From Nitrosopumilaceae archaeon (GTDB lineage: Archaea > Thermoproteota > Nitrososphaeria > Nitrososphaerales > Nitrosopumilaceae): DNA of 64,000 nt. The stretch is from contig CBDBMG010000001.1 of NCBI GenBank assembly GCA_965207375.1, forward strand, positions 96,001-160,000, in the 5' to 3' direction. This document shows, one piece after another, positions 1 through 12,246 of this stretch. The translations under genes and the position numbers were made by a program. Numbering within the stretch: position 1 is the stretch's first letter; the number at the start of each line of letters is the position of its first letter. A model generated the notes under the pieces. It saw only the letters and a program-made list of their open reading frames with translations. It did not search any database and had not been told where the DNA came from.

Positions 1-527
1 GACAGATCATAGTACTGTAACAGTGATATCCTATCACTAAAATACTCATGAGATGGTGAATTGAAAAATATCCATAAATTTATCAAAAAGTATAGCTAGC
101 TACATGACTTAGCTAATCATATCCATAGTTGGCATGCATGATTTATAATCCACTCAGTGCATGAGTCTCGAATTAAGACATCTAACATATTGCTTGCATT
201 TGATTAATCCAATGATCTTTATAGGTATAGTAGCTATATAGTTAGCTACATTAACATTGGTAAGCTATGATTAGAATACAAAAGACTCATAGAGACAAAC
301 CGTGTTGTAGCTATATACCTATACATACAGTATAGCTATATATACACATGCATGCTGTGGTAATACTGAAAATAACCAAAAACAGCATTTGAACATATAG
401 CTAGTTAGCTTTGCAAATATAGGTATCAACAATAATAGTTAGATGGCTATATAGCTATACATACATGTATACATGCACCACATGCATGCATGCATATAGC
501 TATACAAGAGTGGGCCAAAAGTTCATG

Positions 528-700
528 CACTGTAAAAATTATATGTAGCTATAGGCAGCAAGTGATGTTCACTAATATTTTAAGTGATGTTCACTGAAAA
601 TATTAGTGAATAATAGAACATCACTGAAAATATTAGTGACCATCACTGTGCTGCCACTATATAGCTATAGCTACTCACTACATAGTTTTTACATGCAGTG
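528..700. mobile_element. Small CACTG-ended MITE with internal direct and inverted subrepeats
   Basis: cactgtaaaaa ... tttttaca(tgc)agtg; internal agtgatgttcact / aacatcact and aaaatattagtga repeats. Confidence 0.5.
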
Positions 701-1569
701 CATGTTATAGCTATAATTGTCTCAGTGCATGCATGTCAATATAGCTATAGCTATATAATATAACGGCCCAGTTAGCAATTTACGTACATTCTATACATGC
801 ATGCATTCGTATTTGCATGAATGTACCGGTATACCATGTATACCATGTATACCATGCATAACGTAGTTATACGTCACAAAAGAAAATGGCTGGTGAAAGC
901 AGTTTTGAAACGTGGGTTAAAGAAAACGGTGGAAACGACCAATTCATTGCTATATTGGCATCATTTGGCTTCACATCAAAACTTGCATTAGGTAAGCAGT
1001 GTCTGAAGATATAGTTAGTTTATTAATCACGCAGCCCGGTCCGCTATTTTTACTACTTTCAGTCACAGTGAGTCGGGCCGCGGTTTGCCGGGCCAGTGTA
1101 TATTCGCCGAGTCGGGGGCGGCGACCCATGCACATGCATGTGTATCAGCGGTCTGGGCAGCCACTACTAATATAGCTCTGAGCTATAGCTAGCGACTACT
1201 TTCACTGAGTTCTGTCATCAAAACCGCCAAGATCAAACTGAACTATTCTGTGAACTTGCCACCGTGCACGTGCCGGGAGGTTCGATTAGCTATGGCCGTT
1301 TTTCCCGTCACGGGCCGGGTCCCAACGATGCGTATATACGTATAGCTACTGATTGAATACATTATATGTAAAGCCGCTTAGCTTGCAATTGTACATGTGT
1401 ATCATAGGCGGTTATAGTTAGCTATGTATTATCAGTGAGTTGCAACTTTCTCACGGGCCATATCAGCTATATACGTGTATTATGCCGGCATGCATGCATG
1501 GTATGCATGTAGCTATATAGGGGGTCTGTAGCAGACCAGTTAATATATAGTTCAGTTTGCATTTCACTC

Positions 1570-2140
1570 TTTAGTGGATGCATGCAAGTGCTGCACTAAG
1601 GAGTGCAGCACTTGCACTCTTGTGGCTTGACTTAGATCAGCTCATTCAGCTTCACCTTGTTTGTGTGATGTTCCATCAGTACCATACTGTAGCTCACAAG
1701 GGATCTCATTGAAGCCGACTATACATTTTGGTAACCACACATCTTATTATACTAGAACCCAGCCCCACTTTGCTAATCTTAATCGCTTGCTGCCACAAAT
1801 AATTGGAACGATTTACCATCACATGCATCTATAATAATATATATAAAGCAAATGACGTCTTTTTCTGAGTTTTCCGAGCCGCCAAACATGATTTGTTGAA
1901 CTCATAATTTTTTTGTTGGTTTTTGTAGTTGTGTGATTATAATGTTGTTGTCATGTTGTATTGTTATTGTGTATGTCTATTATATATGTATATATATATG
2001 TTGTATTGTTATTTTATATAGCATGTTTATTGTATTATATGGTTGTGTGTTGTATATTGTATGTTATATGCCTCCAGCAAGGAAGAACGGCAATGTCAAT
2101 TGCTGGGAGGTTAAAAATCATTAATCAATTAATCAATTTC
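1570..2140 (+). mobile_element. 3' end of a non-LTR retrotransposon in HECT intron 1
   Basis: Degenerate RT C-terminal 'WNDLP', T-rich UTR, stem ctccagcaa...ttgctgggag and (AATC)n tail. A related tail (gcaaggaagaacgg...atcaatcaattaatc) is at 52385-52450. Confidence 0.55.
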
Positions 2141-4472
2141 AACCAGAATCGCATGCTTGCATTATTTTGGGATGTAACTATGTAGCTAAATAGCTAGCTA
2201 GCTATATAGCAGGGGTTTGGCATTTTACTGACAAATAGCTATAGCTACTGGACGTTGTGTTCCTCTAGATCTGCTTGCATGATGTGTCTAACTATAGAAC
2301 TATAGTACATGCATGTATAGCTATTATGATATAGATAATAGGTATATATACGCAGTCACAGTAGCTATAGCTGTAGTTGTGTCTTTTCAATCCAGCAAAC
2401 CTTTGTATGGATTCTGAAGACTGCGAAAGACTCTTAGCACAAATGAATTGTGGACAAAAGTGCTTATTACGGGGGCTGATCAGTGCTTCTAAAGACCAAA
2501 ATCGAGATGTATACAAAGAATCAGTGCAAAAAACAAACAATTTAAAGGGAATAACAAAAGGGAGAGATCTCCGTAGTACTCTTGGGCAACTTTTCAACAA
2601 GCAGATGGGCAGAATGAATCATCAAGAAACTGATAAAGGTCTGAATGCAGGTCTAAGTAATGTTGATGTTGCAGGCCCAAGCAATATTGCAAGTCCAAGT
2701 CAGTCTCAGAAGTGCAAGATGAAGGGGAAAGGCAAGTATCCAGCTAAAGGTCCCATTAAAAGAAAAGTAAAAGAATATCGGTTAAGAGTGGTTGGTTTAA
2801 GGAAGATGTGTTCTAAGGCTCCAGTTGGTACTATAAGAGAATCGCTGATGAAGAGTGTCTGGGTACGCGAAAATGCACTAGCTGAAGAGGTAACAAGGAA
2901 GATATGTGAGGCTTTTAACTGGAATTATGACAGAAGCACTATACAATACATGTATGCCAATGGAAGGTACTTGCGTGCAGCTAATTTAGAAGATGTTGAA
3001 AATGCTGATTGCTGGGATTCAGAAGCAGTACGAGTTCTGATGGGTTCTGGCTGCCTGTATGTTGTTAGGAAAGTGCGGGAGGTTGAGCATGTGAAAGTGG
3101 ATGAAGGTGCCACTAGTGATGATGAGGATGATGTGCACCTTGTACCTTTAAAAGAAAGTGATATAAACATGGCAAATGATTTACCATCAAAGGTGGGATA
3201 TTATGTACGTAGCTATATAGCTATATAGCTATGTTATTTTATTATGTAGAGTAATCTGGAAACATTAAAGGAAATTTTTCATACGCTACCTCAGGATGAA
3301 ATAGAAAAGGCCTTACAACAGTATGGTTTTAGTGAAGCTGTGGATCATTTGTTGGGTTGTCAAGGAAAATCCACTCAACATGTGAACAAGATAATGAGGA
3401 CCATGAAACGCTTCAAGATACACAGTTACAGCAGAATTTGGCAGAGAACTCAAACTTGGACCTGATTGACTTTGAGGTAACTACATATAATCATGATTAA
3501 TATACCAGATAGCTAAGTAGCTATAGTTATTTTATCATGATCAGCTATACTACGTGTATATAATTATATGGTTTCAAAGATAGCTAACTTTATGTTGATA
3601 TATAATGTCTTTAGAGGAGTCCATTGCTTAATAACAGTGGTGGCACTGCCACCAACCCAATCATTGTTGATCATGGTGAGACTCCTAAAGAATCATTGTC
3701 ACTGCAGTCAATACTATATATGCATCAGAATGAAGTATTGGATCCATTAGCTGAGTATATCTTATCAGTTGATAGATCTACTCCTGAAAAGCTTTGGCAA
3801 AGTGCTGTTTGCTTTTATAAAAATGCAATCGTAAAGCCTGGAAAACTTTGTAAAGAACTGGTGATTCAGTTTGATGGAGAAGCTGGTGCTGACTCTGGAG
3901 CTCTACGGCGTGAATTTTTTGAAGATATAATCTATCAGGGAAATTTGCGCCTTTTTGAAGGTGAAAATGACAGACGAATAGTAAAGAAAGATTGGGGACT
4001 GGAAGTAATCTGTGAAATATTTGGAATGATGGTGGCCCATTCAATTATGCAGGAAGGCCCAGGCTTTCCTTGCTTGAGCCCCTGCATGTTTCAGTATCTT
4101 GCAACAGAAATGAGTGATGAATGTTTTCCAGTGAAAGAAGACATCCCTTTGAACATCGCAACACATGACCTGCTAACATTTATTGAAGAGGTAAGTAACT
4201 ATTGCCAGGGTATCAATCATTATTTCATCAGTATTTATAGAAAGTTTCCATGCAATTTGGAAAAATAGGGTTGATAATGTACAATACACTGTGTGCACAA
4301 TTTGTTAATAACAGCAACAAAATTAATAGCTAAGTCATACAGGGACCAAATATATAGTGCATGGTTATATTTCAGGCTACAAAGTAACTAGTACAGAGAG
4401 GGCCATAGTTACCAGTCAGGTTTCAGTTACGTACCTTAAGCTGAGTAATAATACTAGACAAAATACAATGTA

Positions 4473-4942
4473 TTGTGGGGGCTAGCCTGAGCAACGTCAC
4501 AACACGCATATTTTAATTGCGCATAAACACGTTTTCACAAAATACATGTACATGTCATGAATGGAACCTTCAAGCCTTGCAGTTGGCTTGTTTACGAATC
4601 ACAGGTGCTAGATACTACAAATTCCACACCACGCTAACAGGCGCTCCATGTTTCAACAACATAAGATAGTGCTAGGTAAAATTATTATTCATTAGCGATT
4701 GATAAACTTGCTTCTTAGTATAAGAACCTGTTTGTTCATGTTGTTTGTCACTACATGTTTGTTGAACAAAGCAGTGCACCAAACCCGCCTTAAACGCTGC
4801 AATCAACAACTGAAGGTACCCCGTAAATTAATATTACTCTTGTATATTTTTGTGTCATGAACGTACGGACAGAACAACAGAGAGACAGACCGACCGCACG
4901 AACTTCACGTTTATGTGGGGCTCGCTCAGGCTCACCCCAATT
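4473..4942. repeat. Non-autonomous interspersed repeat with inverted ends
   Basis: ttgtgggggctagcctgagc ... gtggggctcgctcaggctcaccccaat; internal acagacagaccgaccg microsatellite. Confidence 0.5.
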
Positions 4943-7594
4943 ATGATGCACTAATCTTAAGCTTAGTGACTAAAATTTGTTACATTCAATACTCTCTAAT
5001 AAAATAGATTAATGATTGGTTACTGCATTAGTAGAGTATCAATAAACAAGTGTTAAATTTAATGTTGGAATTCTTAAAATTTGCTATAATATCACCTGCC
5101 AGTTATGCCAGCATTTTAAGCATAATAGGTGGATAAAAGTATCCCTACTTCCTTTTAAATTAAATTATTCTAGTTTGTTTGTTTTTATACCATACTTGCA
5201 TAAGTATATAGTTTGCATAATCATATGCATATTATAAATCAATATGTCCTTGCTTTCCAGGCACCTAAAAACATTACAGGCACCTACTTAATTTTTTAAA
5301 TGTGCTTGTAAACGAGATCGTTAACATGGCAATAGTGAAATACATTCAAAATCTATAGCTATTCGTCTTAACTCAATTGGCTGATCCATAGATTAAGCTG
5401 TTACTAGCTGGTACAGCCTACTACAAGGTGAGAAATATAAACAATCAAACCACACAAGTTGTTGTCATGGAGTTCCTTATTAAATAACAGACAAATATGT
5501 AGGCTGTGAGGGGGCTAGGTAATAGAAGACTAGGGAGACATATAGGAAGACTATAGCCTGACTAGGTGCAGGCATACGTACTTATGTAGGATACCATGGG
5601 TGTGCATGGCTGACTATATTACTATAGCTATTATTATAGGCTAAATATATAGGCACAAGTAAATAAAGACTATATGCGGAAATCTATAGGTACACACACG
5701 CACGCATGCACACACGTACACGCACGCATACACACAGAGTAAGCTTGAGGCTAAGAAGGCCAATTAGACTAAGTACATATATAAGCATGGGAGACTATGT
5801 AGCTACGTAAAGTGTGCATCTAATAACAATGTGATGAGCACTCTGCAGTGTCATAAATACACAACACTTTTACGGTAATATAGCTAGGTAGGCTTAGATA
5901 GGCAAAGGGCTATAATTATTATGTAGACATAGAAACTAGGTAGTGACTGGATTTGCAAAAACCAAAATCTACTTAATGTTATAGCTACACTCAAATATGT
6001 ACTATCTAGACACAGTAACAATATAGTTATAAGAGGCCAGGTCTGCTTTTAGACGACCCTGTCAAGTCATGAGGAGTCACAACAGAGCCTGTGGGCATTA
6101 ATAAGGTGGCATTGGGCGTCAAACTACTCCCAAAGTCTACCTCTGCCCGTGCTATGGTCTGGGTCCACTGTGGCTGTTTCTGTCAGTTACTGAACAAGCT
6201 GCAGCTTGCATGGCTGCCTGAGTGTTCTGGTTCCTGAAACCCCACTTGTACGTGACACTCGTGATATTACAGAAAGTTTACAAGAACCACTCAAAAACCA
6301 GTGATTTCAACTAGCTGTCAACTTGCTAGCTATAAAACCAGTATTCTTCTGGTACAAATCTGCCATGGCTATACAATCAAGTTTCAGTGAACCGCAGTGT
6401 CTTGAATATTTCAAATTGGAATTTCTTGAATACAAATTGTGACAATACAGTCGGTTTTCTTAAATCATGCCATGCATAGCATTTATTTAACTATAGGGCA
6501 GGTACATCTGCTAGTCTGTTAATACTATATTAAAACAGTTAACACTAGCTACGTTATATAATTATGCTGTTTAAATTAATTAGCTAGCTATAGCTTACTG
6601 TTAATACAGCTCAATGATGCATCCAGTGAGGAAGACATTGACAAATTAACCATCAAATGCTTACATTCTGAACAACAGTGGATGGTGCATAACAAATGTC
6701 ATTACACCTGCTAACAAACTTCAGTTTCTACAGCACTTGATTCATGATGAAGTAATCATAAAACGTGAGCGTAATCTGAGAGCAGTTTGTCGTGGTCTCG
6801 ATTATTTACATCTTGGGAGATTAATAAAGATGCATCCCAATGTTACACGTGGGTTGTTTATTGCAGAAGAAAATGCTGAAATTACAGCAGATGGTTTCCT
6901 TGCACTGGCCACATTTGATGAACCAAAGAATGAGAACCAAGCAAAAGCACTGGATTATTTTAAAGAATTTATCAGTTGCATTGAAAGTAAGAGCTAGCTA
7001 GTTAACAATAGTTAGCTATACATTTATAAGCACAACATATAGTCGAAACTTGAAAGTAGCTATATAGTAGCTAGTCCATATAAACTATAGCTGTATGATC
7101 TCTTTTACAGGAGATAAAACACGGAATGTTTCTCTACCATCACTATTGCGTTACACCACGGGATTATCTAGCATTCCACCCCTTCAATCAAGTTCAATCA
7201 AGGTTACTTACCAGCTAAATGATGAGGATGCAATTTACCCTATGGCTCAAGTATGCTTTTCAAGGCTTACTTTACCGGTGGTGCACAAGAGCCAACAGTC
7301 ATTTAACGATGCATTTGTAAAGGCTTTGGAGTTTGGTGGTGGATATGGGAACATATAGTTAGCTAGGGAAAAGCTAAATTTCAACAAACAAGGACATAGC
7401 CATGATTATTATTGTAATTGATTTCACACATAGTTAGCTATATAGCTAGACTATCTATATTGTGTAGCTATAGCTATAGTCGTAGTTATGTGATATTTGC
7501 TTATGTATGAATACACAATTAAGGATTCTAATTAGCAAATTATTAGATGGCTAACTACGTAAGTACCTATTATGCAGTTTAAGTAACAAAGGAG

Positions 7595-10500
7595 TCACTG
7601 ATTGCAATGGCTATGTACGTATCTTCTAACTTGTAAGTAAGCGTCAATACCGTAGTCACCAGTTGCATCTGGAGAATCTATCAAGTGACCACCTACCAAA
7701 GTATTCAACTCGGCATATTGCTGTGAACTCAAAGGATTATTGGTATCTGGCACCATAATATTTGGCAAATCAAGCAACTCAGAATGTACGGAATACTCAG
7801 AAGGTATTGATAATGAATTTGTGTTTCCAAATAAAATGCCACATGTATACAATTGTATTGGCGTCTTGTTGTTTTCAGACGTTAGGGCATGATTATTCCA
7901 TCCAGTCATGAAAGTTTTTAAAGCATCGTTTATCTTTTGCATATAAACAAAATGAAGACAGAATAGATCCAATTCTGAAGCTGGATCAAGAATTCCATTA
8001 TCTTCCAAATGATAAAATATTTGATAAAACACTGAAAGTACACATCTGTATGTGTCTCTCCACAAACGTTCTACTCTTTGGTTATGGACAGATGAGCCAG
8101 TTATCATAGGATTCCTCTTGTGTCCATGAATCAGCATGTATTCAGCAACCTAAATATGCACAGTCATAAAAAGAACCAATTGCAAGTTAATTGTTCACAA
8201 AAGGCAATACAATAGACTAAGTGACAATTATAGTGATCAAAAACTTAAGCTAAATAGCTAGCTATATATATATAACTTAAAGCTAAATCTATAGTTAGAT
8301 AGACTAGGTAGCTATGTAGCTATGTAGCTAAATACATGCTATCTACCTTGATATTTTCACCCCCCTTATCACTTCTGACACGATCTGGAAGGCCATAATC
8401 TCTGACTGCACCCTCAAACAAATGAAACACTGTTTCACTCCTGTTGTTATTCGAACAACACAAATACACAATAAATCGAGAGAAACCATCTATCCCACTA
8501 TGCACTACCAGCCTCCACCTACACAGAAAAATTATTATAGTGACTTTTAAAAACCATGTTCTATGTAGCTACCTTATTAATTTGTGGTTCCCATCTATAT
8601 GCCATAGGGCATTTGGGTAAGGAACTGAGTACACCCTTCTTCTAATGGGAGATGCCCATCGTAAAGCTGAATTTATTGGATCTACTTCAGATAAACATTC
8701 ACGTAATCTAACAGTGGACACATGGATGCCCCTTGAATTGAGTATACCTCTCAACATACTCTGTCCAATATCTGGCATTCCTTGTTGAATATCTGACACT
8801 ATGGATTTTAAATCATCATCTGTGATATCACTAAAGCCAGTAAATTCTGTGCCAACTAATCCTAAGTTTGATCTTATGTTGTACATAGTTCTTCGGCTTA
8901 CACCGAACATAACAGCAATTGTAGACCATGTAAATCGTAATTCTCTAAGAAAAATTAGCTGCTCTTCCTTTACGATAAATCTAGGCCTACCACGTCTACC
9001 TGTGTACTCTCTCTCAGCTCTTAAGTTATCACCGGGAGCCGACAGTGTTACTCCAGCTTCAACATCATGCCAACGATCTTGAATGATTTTCAATGATTCT
9101 ATTAGATCCTCAATATTAGACAATATTTCATTAACAGAAGCTCCGTGCCTTGTTTCACTGTTTAAACCTTCCAATATATGAATAATTACATATTAGAGAT
9201 GTACCGATTCACTGATTCAGATTGGTATTTTAACTAATATATTTAGTCCCATGCTAATAGCGTAAACATCATCTGGTAACATTAGTTTACTTTCTTGATT
9301 CTGGGAGCCAAGATTTTGGCTGTCCAATCAGATACGAAGATTATATAATCCACTTAAAATATTAGAATATCGTTAAGTATGGAAGGTTTAGCGCCATCTA
9401 GAATACCCTATCCTAAAATAAAAATATTTTAATAGCTGTGTATATTATTTGGACAGGGAATAGATTTTCCGATACAGCACATTAACCGACACAATATTTT
9501 AAGTGGGTTGTGAAACTGTTCGAACTTAATTGGGTAGATTTGAACTTCCGGAATCAAGAAAATGGACTAATGTCACCAGACAGTGTTTTCACAATTAGTG
9601 TAGGCCCAGCTGGGGACGCCATAATTTATGTAAACACTGAGGATAGCACTTAAAATTTTCAGACAAATATCAACCTACACATAGCCATAGCCCGTGCAAA
9701 TATCCAAAAATTTGTACTTGTGGGATTATTACTTTTTGGTTCAATAATTACATGTTTGCATAGTGTAATATTAATACAAACCAGTGAATGTGTTGCTAGC
9801 TATAGCAGTATCAGGTAGGGCCCAAACGAACTTAACTGGATTCGAATGTTCGTTCGAACGAACGAACGAACATTCAAATGTGGATTGAGTAATTCGAATT
9901 ATACAAGAAGCATAATATGCAGAAAGGAGTACAGTAATTTCCATTGTTAGTGAATATGGCATCTGATCTGATATAATTGCTGGGCAGTGCTAGTCTATTT
10001 AGTCTATTGGTAATGACATTTTTGGGTGGTCAGGTGGTGGCCAGGAAGCCATACCTTATACAAACACTGAAGTTAACACTTGTACTGTAACAGCCTACCT
10101 ATACAGAAGTGTTATTACGTATTTATAACCTAACAGATGATGAAATCTTTAATTTGTGGGATACCACCAACCTTATTTTGGGGACATTTACAGAGTAATA
10201 GTGACTTATTGATTATATCGGATTGGTTGTATTTATCAGTTTTAACATTTTGTTTCTATTGACTATCGGAATATCGGCAAAAAGTCATATTGGTGCAACT
10301 CTACTAGGAATGTAGCTAAATGATATTTCTTCATAAAAAATAATCACATGATTTATTGCTTTGATTGAAGCTGATGTCTATTTAGTAAAGTTTAACTGTA
10401 ATCTATATACACTTATATGTATGTCATGTAAATTCGAAAGATTCGTGAACTTTCACTAATGAATGTTCGAACTCAGGTAATCCAAGTTCGTTTGGGCCCT

Positions 10501-11842
10501 AGTATCAGGTAACCATTTTACGATTAGTATTGATAGAGTTTTTAGTAGCTAAATTGGTTCGATAGGTTCATATTTACCGGATTGGTACATCTCTATTATA
10601 CATACAGTTTCTAGCTATATTCTTAGGCCATTCCAAATAAGTGGGTAGTTCCCATCCTTTGCCTGCATCATGTCTGAGTATCTGCATTGAATGGTCAATA
10701 TTGTCAAATTATGCAAAAATGTGCTGTGCTGCTAGCCTAGGGACACACTGATTATGCCAGCACAAGTGCTGGTAGCTTAAAGCATCAAGCATAATGCATA
10801 AGAGGAAGTGTTTGGCTAGGTATTTAAAAACAGGGAAAATTTATATCAAAAGATTGATATACTCTAATAGAGCAGTCATCATAATTAATGCACCTATCAA
10901 TGTCAAGCCCCACTCCCCCCACCCGGGCATAGGTGGGGATTTGTAAAACCTGTAACTAAAAAGACATACCCCAGGGGCAATATTTTTTGCAATGCCCCTC
11001 TCTAGACGCACCCAATATCCTGGGGCAATGTGGGAGTTCATTCTGTGTAAACATATATAGAACTTTCATGATCGATTGCTGGCCTGTTGCGTTTACCTAA
11101 ACAAACCAACACTTGCTTTTCGTTCGACTCTGCAATTTGTAAATTATTTTATGAAAATATTTTTAAATTTTTACAAATAACTACAATTACAAAATCCCCA
11201 ATAGTGGGGAGTGTAATTCTGGCAAAAGATGCACAAATCCCCATGTACGCCAGGGTGGGGGGGGAGTAGGGCTTCACATTGATAGGTGCATAACATTGCA
11301 AGTATAAAATACATTAATGAATAAATGACAATAAGCCTCCCTCCTTCATCAAAGTTTCGGAAACTACACATTGGCCTTTCATGATTGATGAAGTAATATG
11401 CAAGCTAAGGTACCGGCATAGCTAGTTATATGTAATTTAACATATCTAGTAGCTATGCACTATTTACATCATCAGCAGCTACCTTAAACTTATACGTAGG
11501 TATGTAGCCATTAGCAGAGAGCTACTAAGGCTTTTGAGTGTCACCCTAAACGAAAATGTATCGGCTATAGTTACTACACGTAAAATGTGTTTAAAGGTGA
11601 GCATTAAATAAGGTGAATAATTAAACACGTCTTTACAGATTGTAAGATCCAAAGACAGTAATGTTATAGTACATACATGATTCTTGTAAAGCATCAATGA
11701 TTGAACGCAATACACTAAGATAACATTCCAACTTCACTAATGCTGTCTCCGCCACGGCTACAGAAGCATTTTCTTCTTTTGAACTTAATAACTGAAGAAA
11801 AGAAGCTAAATCAGTGAAAAATTCTTCCCACAAATCCGCCAT
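7595..11842 (-). CDS. Spliced DDE integrase/transposase of IS3/IS481 (rve integrase-core) type, ~495 aa, apparently intact
   Basis: Exons 11842-11677, 9167-8573, 8518-8347 and 8149-7595 sum to 1488 nt in frame. Motifs: GRPRF, HTH-like [23 protein letters not shown] (D), [10 protein letters not shown] (D), [11 protein letters not shown] (E), WNNH. The acceptor at 9167 is weak. Confidence 0.88.
9816..10501. mobile_element. hAT-type MITE in integrase intron 1
   Basis: TIR tagggcccaaacgaactt / aagttcgtttgggcccta; perfect 8-bp TSD gtatcagg. Confidence 0.9.
10889..11290. mobile_element. PIF/Harbinger-type MITE in integrase intron 1
   Basis: TIR tgcacctatcaatgt(c/g)aagccc; TAA on both sides. Confidence 0.8.
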
Positions 11843-11996
11843 TTGTATCGGTGTAGTCGCTTGTAGACAATACTCATTACTGGATATCGCGGAAAATCGA
11901 TACCGTAACCGTATCGATATCACATAGTCTAGTTCTTAATAATGATACCAACTTTCGATCGAAATCGATGCGTCTTATAGTTAATTTTTGTCGCCA

Positions 11997-12120
11997 TAAA
12001 ATTCGATCGAAAATTTCAATCAGTGTGAAAATTCGATCGATAATTTGGATCGATGTGAAAATTTGATCGATAATTTCAATCGATGTCAAATTTCAATCAA
12101 AAATTACTGATCGATGTGTT
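11997..12120. repeat. About four degenerate ~30-bp tandem repeats rich in palindromic ATCGAT (subterminal array)
   Basis: aaaattcgatcgaaaatttcaatcagtgtg / aaaattcgatcgataatttggatcgatgtg / aaaatttgatcgataatttcaatcgatgtc / aaatttcaatcaaaaattactgatcgatgtg. Confidence 0.85.
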
Positions 12121-12171
12121 TAACTTCGATGATGTTTTACAGATGAATTTTTGCCCAGAAAACGCGCCATA

Positions 12172-12246
12172 TGTTTTAGAAACTTACATAATCACTGAGG
12201 GCATAGCCCGAGGTGATTATGTAACATTCCAAAGGTTTCTAGAACA
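12172..12246. repeat. Hairpin repeat with gagggcatagcccgag core
   Basis: tgttttagaaac-ttacataatcac-[loop]-gtgattatgtaa...gtttctagaaca; related hairpins near 28360-28415 and 46238-46337. Confidence 0.65.

Larger units (their letters stand above)
886..7358 (+). pseudogene. Spliced HECT-type E3 ubiquitin ligase gene (G2E3-like HECT with N-terminal SAM-like and CUE-like regions), two frameshifts; probable transposon second gene
   Basis: Exons 886-991 (MAGESSFETWVKENGG..., phase 1), 2396-3192, 3250-3476 (LETLKEIFHTLPQDEIEKALQQYGFSEAVDHLL, CUE-like), 3615-4190 (QFDGEAGADSGALRREFF, HECT N-lobe), 6610-6986 and 7111-7358 (LLRYTTGLSSIPP...YPMAQVCFSRLTLP, catalytic Cys). All introns are GT-AG. The frame breaks near 3381 and 6648. 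Confidence 0.8.
886..12171 (-). mobile_element. Putative eukaryotic IS3/IS481-related (IS3EU-like) DNA transposon carrying integrase plus HECT gene; left end not found, probably upstream of the window
   Basis: The two genes converge with stops 236 bp apart. Subterminal repeats lie at 11950-12120 and a candidate terminus ...AACGCGCCATA ends at 12171, abutting an unrelated hairpin repeat. No matching TIR is seen in 1-885. Confidence 0.6.

Noticed and set aside
1-350. Third, divergently transcribed gene of the transposon
   Set aside because: The candidate minus-strand exon has stops in all three frames; upstream sequence is needed.
1291-1461. TATGGCC...GGCCATA as the left terminus of the integrase-HECT element
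   Set aside because: It lies inside HECT intron 1, matches the right end for only 6 nt, and has no TSD or subterminal array.
1933-2185. Hydrophobic ORFs suggesting membrane peptides
   Set aside because: Translations of the T/G-rich low-complexity retrotransposon 3'UTR.
2292-9082. Antisense ORFs overlapping HECT and integrase exons (also 31230-31442 and 61945-62157)
   Set aside because: Shadow ORFs opposite well-supported exons, with no motifs of their own.
11997-12120. CRISPR-like array
   Set aside because: Units are contiguous degenerate tandem repeats with no unique spacers, there are no cas genes, and the context is eukaryotic.
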